A stretch of 64,000 nt of DNA, from the NCBI GenBank assembly GCA_965223265.1, contig OZ244999.1, positions 2,304,001 to 2,368,000 of the forward strand, read 5' to 3'. The notes under the pieces were generated by a model. That model worked only from the letters and a program-made list of their open reading frames with translations. It did no database searches and was not told the DNA's origin. Positions within the stretch are counted from its first letter, which is position 1; each line of letters opens with the position of its first letter. The position numbers and the translations under genes are program-made. The stretch is from Planctomycetota bacterium (GTDB lineage: Bacteria; Planctomycetota; UBA8108; SXIK01). This document shows, one piece after another, positions 58,008 to 64,000 of this stretch.

Positions 58008-58472
58008 TCACGGATCGAGAGCTGTGACGCTGCCGGTGGAGAGGTTGAGCACGAACATCTCCCCGGCGGCGTTGATCGCGAAGGAGCGGTACTGCGTGTC
58101 GAGCTGAAACGCGGCTACGAACCAGTTCCCGCCCAGGGACGTGTCTCCTGGATGGTATTCGTAGGTGTACTCGCCCTTGCGGAGAAACAAGGGCAGCCCG
58201 GTGGGCTCGAATCCGGCGACGTAACCGACCGCTGCAATCTCCGGAAAGTCGGCCGGCCATCCGCTGAAGCGCCCGCGGTACTGGTGGATATCGGAGCAGA
58301 TTGACCTCAGCCCGCCCACAGCTGACGACTCCGCCGCGGAGATGCGAGCGTTGCGTAGACTGGGAATCGCAATGGCGAGAACGATCGCGATGATGGCGAC
58401 CACGATCATGAGCTCGATCAGAGTGAATCCGGCGTTTCGTCGGCGCATTCGGGGGGCTCGGTGAAAGGACAT
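58008..58472 (-). CDS. Prepilin-type N-terminal cleavage/methylation domain protein (pilin/pseudopilin-like)
   Basis: RRNAG-FTLIELMIVVAIIAIVLAIAIP class III signal. Confidence 0.85.
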   Translation of the reverse strand: MSFHRAPRMRRRNAGFTLIELMIVVAIIAIVLAIAIPSLRNARISAAESSAVGGLRSICSDIHQYRGRFSGWPADFPEIAAVGYVAGFEPTGLPLFLRKGEYTYEYHPGDTSLGGNWFVAAFQLDTQYRSFAINAAGEMFVLNLSTGSVTALDP

Positions 58473-58701
58473 TTGGCGTCTATGACGTCGGACGACGGCG
58501 GCACGGCCCTTGATTTGGGGCGCTTATCGGCAAGTGGGCGACGAGAACGAACGTTGGAATTCGAAGATTCGCGGGGCCGCAGTGCACGATGAACCCATCC
58601 CTCAGCGCCGTTATCTGATACCCTGGTACTTGGGCTCGAAAGCGTGCCCAACGGACGTCTGCTTCCGTGATCTTGACGACAGGTTAGGTCTACGTTGTGA
58701 A

Positions 58702-61140
58702 ATGAGCTCGATCAAGAAGTCGCCGCGGCGTTGGGGGGCGGTCGTGTGGGTCGCGGCAGTGGCCGTTTGTGGCGCCGCGAACACGCTGGCGCAGGAGGTC
58801 TCGTTCAACCGTGACGTGCGCCCGATCCTCTCCGATCGCTGTTTCGCCTGCCATGGTCCGGACGCGCGCGAACGCAAAGCGCAGCTGCGTTTGGATCGTT
58901 CGGGGGGCGACGACGGCGCCTACCGAACCGAAGGCGGTTCGACCGCCATCAAACCCGGCGCGCTCCAAGAGTCCGAGTTGTGGCGGCGGATCACTGCCAG
59001 CGATCCTGATGACAGGATGCCGCCGCCTGAGGCCGGAAAGAAGCCCCTGACGTCTGAAGAGCAGCGCATCATCCAGCTGTGGATCGAGGCTGGAGCGCCG
59101 TACGACGAGTTTTGGGCGTTTGTACCGGCAAGAAGGCCGAGCATGCCCGCCGTGATCCAGCGCGAGTGGAGCGACCAGCCGATCGACTTGTTCGTTCTGC
59201 GGCGGCTCGAAGCAGCGGGGCTCGCACCTTCCGAGGAGGCGGACAAACGCACCCTCATTCGCCGCGTGACGTTCGACCTCACCGGGCTACCGCCCACCCG
59301 AGGAGAAGTGCGCACCTTCCTAGCAAATGAGAGCCCGACGGCTTATGAGACGCTCGTCGATGGCCTGCTTGCGAGACCGGAATACGGCGAGCACATGGCG
59401 CGCTACTGGCTTGACCTGGTTCGCTTCGCCGACACCAACGGCATGCACAAGGATTTTTACCGCAACTTCGTCGCCTACCGAGATTGGGTGATTCGAGCGT
59501 TCAATGACGGCCTCGGCTACGATGATTTTGTCCGCTTCCAGCTGGCCGGAGACGTGTTTCCTGATGCCACGAACGATCAGTTGATCGCGTCGGGATTCAA
59601 CCGCCTCCACCTCATCATCGACCGTGGTACCGCGCTCCCGGAGGAGAGCTTTTTCAAGAACGTAACGGATCGGGTCACCGCGGTGGGCACCACCTTCATG
59701 GGAATGACCGTCCACTGCGCCTCCTGCCACGATCACAAGTACGATCCGCTCACGCAGAAGGACTTTTACTCGCTGTTTGCCTTCTTCAACAATATTGACG
59801 CCGAACCGGAAACTCGAGGGGCTCCTAAAGACGGTCTCCAGCCGCCGTTTCTGTGGCTCGGGACGCCCGAGCAAACGAAGAAACTAAGCGCTATCGACGA
59901 GCAGCTGGCGGCGCTTGAACCGAAGGTGCAGCAGTCGGAGAAGGACACTTCGGGCGAGAAGGATCCCCAGAACAAAAAGCTTCTCAAGGCGGCGCTTGAG
60001 CAGCTTGTAGACGAAAAGAACTCACTCATTGCGAAGCGCGGAGAGCTGACTCGGACGATGCAGGTGGCGATGGTGATGAGGGAACGCACCGAGGTGCGTC
60101 CAACGCACATCATGGTTCGCGGGCGATACGACCAGCCCGGGGAACCAGTCGTCCGTGATACACCGGAGTTTCTCCCACCGATGCGAAAGACGGGCGAGAT
60201 CGCCTCGCGACTCGACCTGGCGGAGTGGTTCGTCGACCGTCAGAATCCGCTCACGGCGCGCGTCGCGGTCAACCGGTTTTGGCAGCAGCTCTTTGGTGTC
60301 GGTCTGGTGAAAACCTCCGAGGACTTAGGAGCTCAGGGCGAAGTGCCGAGCCACCCAGAACTGCTCGACTACCTCACCGTCTCCTTCGTCGAATCTAACT
60401 GGAACATCAAAGCTCTGATGAAGCAGATGGTGATGACGAAGACCTACCGCCAATCGTCCGTGGCGACGCCGGAGGAGTTTAACAAAGACCCCGAGAACCG
60501 CTTGCTAGCGCGAGGGTCGCGCTATCGCATGGATGCCGAAGTGATTCGCGACCAGATGCTCGCTACCAGTGGGCTGTTGTCGAAAAAGATGTACGGGAAG
60601 AGCGTCAAACCACCGCAGCCCGACGGTCTCTGGAAGGCTGTCACCATGATTGGTGAGCGCTACAAAGCTGATACAGGCGAAGCGATCTATCGCCGCGGCG
60701 TCTATACGTACTGGAAGCGAGCGATGCCACCGCCACAGATGACCATCTTGAACGCCCCCGCCCGGGACGCCTGCATCGCCCGCCGTGAAAGGACCAACAC
60801 GCCCTCACAAGCCCTGCTGCTCCTGAACGAAGGTGAGTACCTGAAGGCCGCTCGAAACCTGGCGCGACGCGTGCTGACACACGGTGATCTCACGACGGCC
60901 GAGTTGCTGGACATGGTGTATGAAATCGTCACGTCGAACGTGCCGCACGGAAGGGAACGAGCCATACTCTCGAGGCTCGCCCAGGATTTAGAGCAGCGCT
61001 ATCGTGATAGCCCTGCCTTGGCGGAAGAGATCTGCAGTGGAATCGCGCTAGAGAACGTTGAGGAAAGGGCGAAGCTCGCCGCTTGGACCGTTCTCGTCAG
61101 TACTCTCTACAATTTGGATGTCACGAAGACGCGCCAGTAG
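58702..61140 (+). CDS. Planctomycete cytochrome c / PSD1 (DUF1549-DUF1553) protein
   Basis: [68 protein letters not shown]. Confidence 0.92.
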   Translation: MSSIKKSPRRWGAVVWVAAVAVCGAANTLAQEVSFNRDVRPILSDRCFACHGPDARERKAQLRLDRSGGDDGAYRTEGGSTAIKPGALQESELWRRITASDPDDRMPPPEAGKKPLTSEEQRIIQLWIEAGAPYDEFWAFVPARRPSMPAVIQREWSDQPIDLFVLRRLEAAGLAPSEEADKRTLIRRVTFDLTGLPPTRGEVRTFLANESPTAYETLVDGLLARPEYGEHMARYWLDLVRFADTNGMHKDFYRNFVAYRDWVIRAFNDGLGYDDFVRFQLAGDVFPDATNDQLIASGFNRLHLIIDRGTALPEESFFKNVTDRVTAVGTTFMGMTVHCASCHDHKYDPLTQKDFYSLFAFFNNIDAEPETRGAPKDGLQPPFLWLGTPEQTKKLSAIDEQLAALEPKVQQSEKDTSGEKDPQNKKLLKAALEQLVDEKNSLIAKRGELTRTMQVAMVMRERTEVRPTHIMVRGRYDQPGEPVVRDTPEFLPPMRKTGEIASRLDLAEWFVDRQNPLTARVAVNRFWQQLFGVGLVKTSEDLGAQGEVPSHPELLDYLTVSFVESNWNIKALMKQMVMTKTYRQSSVATPEEFNKDPENRLLARGSRYRMDAEVIRDQMLATSGLLSKKMYGKSVKPPQPDGLWKAVTMIGERYKADTGEAIYRRGVYTYWKRAMPPPQMTILNAPARDACIARRERTNTPSQALLLLNEGEYLKAARNLARRVLTHGDLTTAELLDMVYEIVTSNVPHGRERAILSRLAQDLEQRYRDSPALAEEICSGIALENVEERAKLAAWTVLVSTLYNLDVTKTRQ

Positions 61141-61177
61141 CATGGACGGTAGTAGAAGTCAGACAGATGGCAATACG

Positions 61178-62638
61178 ATGAGCACACAGCAGACAGACGA
61201 GCTTGCCGAATTGAACCTCCAGTCCCGCCGGTCGTTTCTACTCAACACCGGCATGGGGTTGGGCGCGACGGCGTTGACGTCCCTGGTGACGGGAGCTGAC
61301 ACGGCGCCACCAGTACCCAAGTTCCAGCATGGACTGCATAGCGAGGCTCGCGCCAAGCGGATCATTTTTCTCTTCATGGCGGGGGCACCGAGCCAGGTCG
61401 ATCTCTTCGACTACAAGCCGGGCCTCCAGAAGCTCTTCAGGACCGAGCTGCCTAAGTCGGTGAGTCGCGGACAGCGCGTCACGACGATGACTCGCGGCAA
61501 GCAGCAGCTGATCGCGCCGTCGAGGTTCGACTTTCTGCGCCGTGGTCGGAGCGGGGTGTGGATGTGCGAGCTGCTCCCTCACCTCGCTTCAGTGGCGGAC
61601 GACCTCTGTCTCATCCACTCCTTCAACACCAATGCGATCAACCATGATCCTGGAAAGACGTCCTTCTGTACCGGATCGGAGATTCCCGGCAAACCGAGCA
61701 TGGGCGCGTGGCTGAGCTATGGCCTGGGATCGCTGAACCGGGACCTGCCGGATTTTGTCGTCATTCCCTCGGCCTTCTGGAGCGGCAAGGTGAATGTTCA
61801 AGCGCTCTACGCGCGACTTTGGGGCAGCGGGTTCCTTCCCTCCATGCATCAGGGCACGTCCTTTCAGACCACCGGCGATCCCGTGCTCTTTTTGTCCAAT
61901 CCACAGGGAATCGACGCCGGGATCCGGCGACGCATGCTGGACTCCCTTCGAGAGCTGAACAGAGAGCACTTCGCGGCGATCGGCGATCCGGAAATCCAAA
62001 CGACCATCGCCCAGCAGGAGATGGCGTTTCGCATGCAAGCTTCCGTGCCGGAGTTGACGGACATTTCCAATGAACCTCAGTCGATTCTGGAGACGTATGG
62101 CCCGGAGGTCCACACCCCAGGTTCCTACGCTCGCAACTGTTTGCTCGCGCGCCGCATGGCGGAGCGCGGCGTGCGTTTCGTCCAGCTCTTCCATCGCGGC
62201 TGGGATCATCACTCCCGCCTTCCGGACAATATGCGCGGTCAATGCCGTGACGTCGATCAGCCGACCGCGGCTTTGCTCAAGGACCTGAAGTTCCGCGGCC
62301 TACTAGACGAAACCCTGGTGGTGTTCGCCGGCGAATTCGGTCGCACCGTGTTCGGCCAAGGCAACATCACCCGCGATGTTTACGGGCGTGACCATCATCC
62401 GCGTTGCTTTTCCGGTTGGATCGCGGGTGGGGGAATCAAGGGTGGCCTGCACTACGGGAGGACCGACGACTTCAGTTACAATGTCGTTGAGAATCCGGTC
62501 CACGTGCGTGACCTCCATGCCACCATGCTCCATCTTCTCGGCATCGATCACCGCCAACTGAGCTTCCAGTACCAAGGGCTCGATCAGAGACTGACCGGCG
62601 TTGAGGAAGCCCGCGTGTTGAGGGAGATTCTTAGCTGA
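61178..62638 (+). CDS. DUF1501 domain protein
   Basis: SRRSFL Tat-like motif, AKRIIFLFMAGAPSQVDLFDYKP, GEFGRT, GRDHHP. Confidence 0.92.
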   Translation: MSTQQTDELAELNLQSRRSFLLNTGMGLGATALTSLVTGADTAPPVPKFQHGLHSEARAKRIIFLFMAGAPSQVDLFDYKPGLQKLFRTELPKSVSRGQRVTTMTRGKQQLIAPSRFDFLRRGRSGVWMCELLPHLASVADDLCLIHSFNTNAINHDPGKTSFCTGSEIPGKPSMGAWLSYGLGSLNRDLPDFVVIPSAFWSGKVNVQALYARLWGSGFLPSMHQGTSFQTTGDPVLFLSNPQGIDAGIRRRMLDSLRELNREHFAAIGDPEIQTTIAQQEMAFRMQASVPELTDISNEPQSILETYGPEVHTPGSYARNCLLARRMAERGVRFVQLFHRGWDHHSRLPDNMRGQCRDVDQPTAALLKDLKFRGLLDETLVVFAGEFGRTVFGQGNITRDVYGRDHHPRCFSGWIAGGGIKGGLHYGRTDDFSYNVVENPVHVRDLHATMLHLLGIDHRQLSFQYQGLDQRLTGVEEARVLREILS

Positions 62639-62869
62639 GCTCCAGAGACGAACGTCGTGCCGCTCTTTTGGAAACTTCGGGTGCCTCGACGCCGCGAGGC
62701 TCCTAGGGCTCTGACCTTCAAGTTAAGCTAAGCAACGCCCGAGACGGACCTCGTTTTTCGTGAGCTTGGCCGGATCCAGCGAAGGGGTATTGTTCACGCC
62801 ATGTAATGGGTCGTCGTCGACTGGCAAGATCATTCGGCCGACAAACGGAATCCGCCTTGTCGTCGGTGA

Positions 62870-63997
62870 TCAGCGTGCCTCGAGAGTCCACTTCGCCTGC
62901 CTTAGGACCGCCATCGGAGTGTCGGCCATCTTCTCATACCAGACGGTGACCAGCGATCCGTCGTCGAGCTGTACTGTGCTTGGGTAGCCGATGTCGCCGA
63001 CACCATCGCCGGAGAGAATGATGGGCTCCGACCAGGTGCGACCCTCGTCGTCGCTGATGCGGGCCTGGTTTCCCCTTGGCGGGCGGCGGTGGCCGTAACT
63101 CATCAGCAGACGACCGTCTTGTAGTTTCATCAAGTGAGAGGGGTACCCCCAAACGCCGATCGACCTCGGCGGCGACCAGGTGGCGCCACCGTCGTTCGAT
63201 TCCGATTGCAGCGTCTCGCCTTTGCGTTTTTCGTTGTGGTTGCGGATCTGAACGATGATGCGTCCTTCGGCGGCCTCGACGGCGTGCAGTTCGTGATAAT
63301 CCTTATAGCGGTCACCGTCGTGCTCCGGGATTTCCGCAAGCCAATTCCAACTCTTGCCGTCGTCGGTCGACTGACACACACCGATTCTTCCCCCACGCCA
63401 CAGGTCCTTTCCCGCGTAGAGTAGACGACCGTCGGAGAGCTGTACTGGACCGTGCGGACTGTTCACGAGTGAGTCGTAAGGCTCGGACCAGCTGATGCCG
63501 CCGTCTGTCGAACGAATCATCCACACCCCCAGCGCGTCCTTACGTTCCTTGGCTCCGACGCGAATGTGCGCGGCACGCCAGCGAGCGAGGCGCTCGGGAT
63601 CGTCCTGCGGCATGCGGTCTGTGTACGCAAGCGACGTGAACGTAGTCACGAGCAGAGCTCCCTGCGCAGTCTCTAAGACGCCCGCGTCGCGGTCGTCGAT
63701 CGGGCCATCGAGGACCGTGCGCGGCCAACTCCAGGTCTCGCCGCCATCCTTCGAACGCATCAGATCGACGCGGCCGAAGGGGCACACGTGCCCGTCACGG
63801 CCGCCGGAGCAAACGAGCAGCAGCTCACCGTCGTTTCGCCGCGCCAGCGTTGGCCAGCCGTGAAAGCGATGGGGGAGATGACTGATGACGTTTGTTTGTA
63901 TCTGTTTCGCCCGGGGTCCTGCTTTGGCACGACCGGTGCCGAACGCAACTCCAATTGCCGCGGCTCCGGTGCCGATCAACCAGTTGCGTCGATTCAC
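62870..63997 (-). CDS. Tat-exported sialidase-like (BNR/Asp-box) protein; start may be at the window edge
   Basis: NRRNWL Tat signal; Asp boxes SKDGGETW, STDGGISW, STDDGKSW, SNDGGATW, SDDEGRTW; DIGYPS. Confidence 0.8.
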   Translation of the reverse strand: MNRRNWLIGTGAAAIGVAFGTGRAKAGPRAKQIQTNVISHLPHRFHGWPTLARRNDGELLLVCSGGRDGHVCPFGRVDLMRSKDGGETWSWPRTVLDGPIDDRDAGVLETAQGALLVTTFTSLAYTDRMPQDDPERLARWRAAHIRVGAKERKDALGVWMIRSTDGGISWSEPYDSLVNSPHGPVQLSDGRLLYAGKDLWRGGRIGVCQSTDDGKSWNWLAEIPEHDGDRYKDYHELHAVEAAEGRIIVQIRNHNEKRKGETLQSESNDGGATWSPPRSIGVWGYPSHLMKLQDGRLLMSYGHRRPPRGNQARISDDEGRTWSEPIILSGDGVGDIGYPSTVQLDDGSLVTVWYEKMADTPMAVLRQAKWTLEAR

Positions 63998-64000
63998 TCG

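Noticed and set aside
57901-58260. Upstream extension of ORF 57544..58260
   Set aside because: Overlaps the pilin-like gene in another frame; the lipoprotein signal fits a start at 57900.

Overview
GC-rich bacterial window, almost certainly Planctomycetota (inferred from a DUF1549/DUF1553 cytochrome plus DUF1501 pair, seven secreted proteins with Cys-flanked dockerin-like C-termini, and GTAG-type REP hairpins). The first 23 kb is a co-oriented cluster of five large secreted dockerin-bearing proteins: two CotH-family kinases, one lectin-like protein and two FG-GAP repeat proteins. The two FG-GAP proteins share a near-identical 3.18 kb C-terminal module encoding a phospho-His domain followed by a PPDK-type ATP-grasp domain. 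That domain order matches glucan,water dikinases and suggests a modular extracellular phosphorylation system. The rest holds hydrolases/CAZymes (GH105-PL10 fusion, GH5, sialidase-like), metY, a nitroreductase, dps with a divergent oxyR-like regulator, SPFH genes and a pilin-like gene. Repeats are abundant: a 159-bp MITE family with 4-bp target duplications, REP doublets, an IS701-like element that together with a MITE splits a lipoprotein gene, and an unusual family of hexamer-periodic elements, one of which encloses a four-helix-bundle (IVP/Avd-like) gene. No rRNA, tRNA or CRISPR array was seen. All family assignments are from motif recognition by eye; no database search was run.
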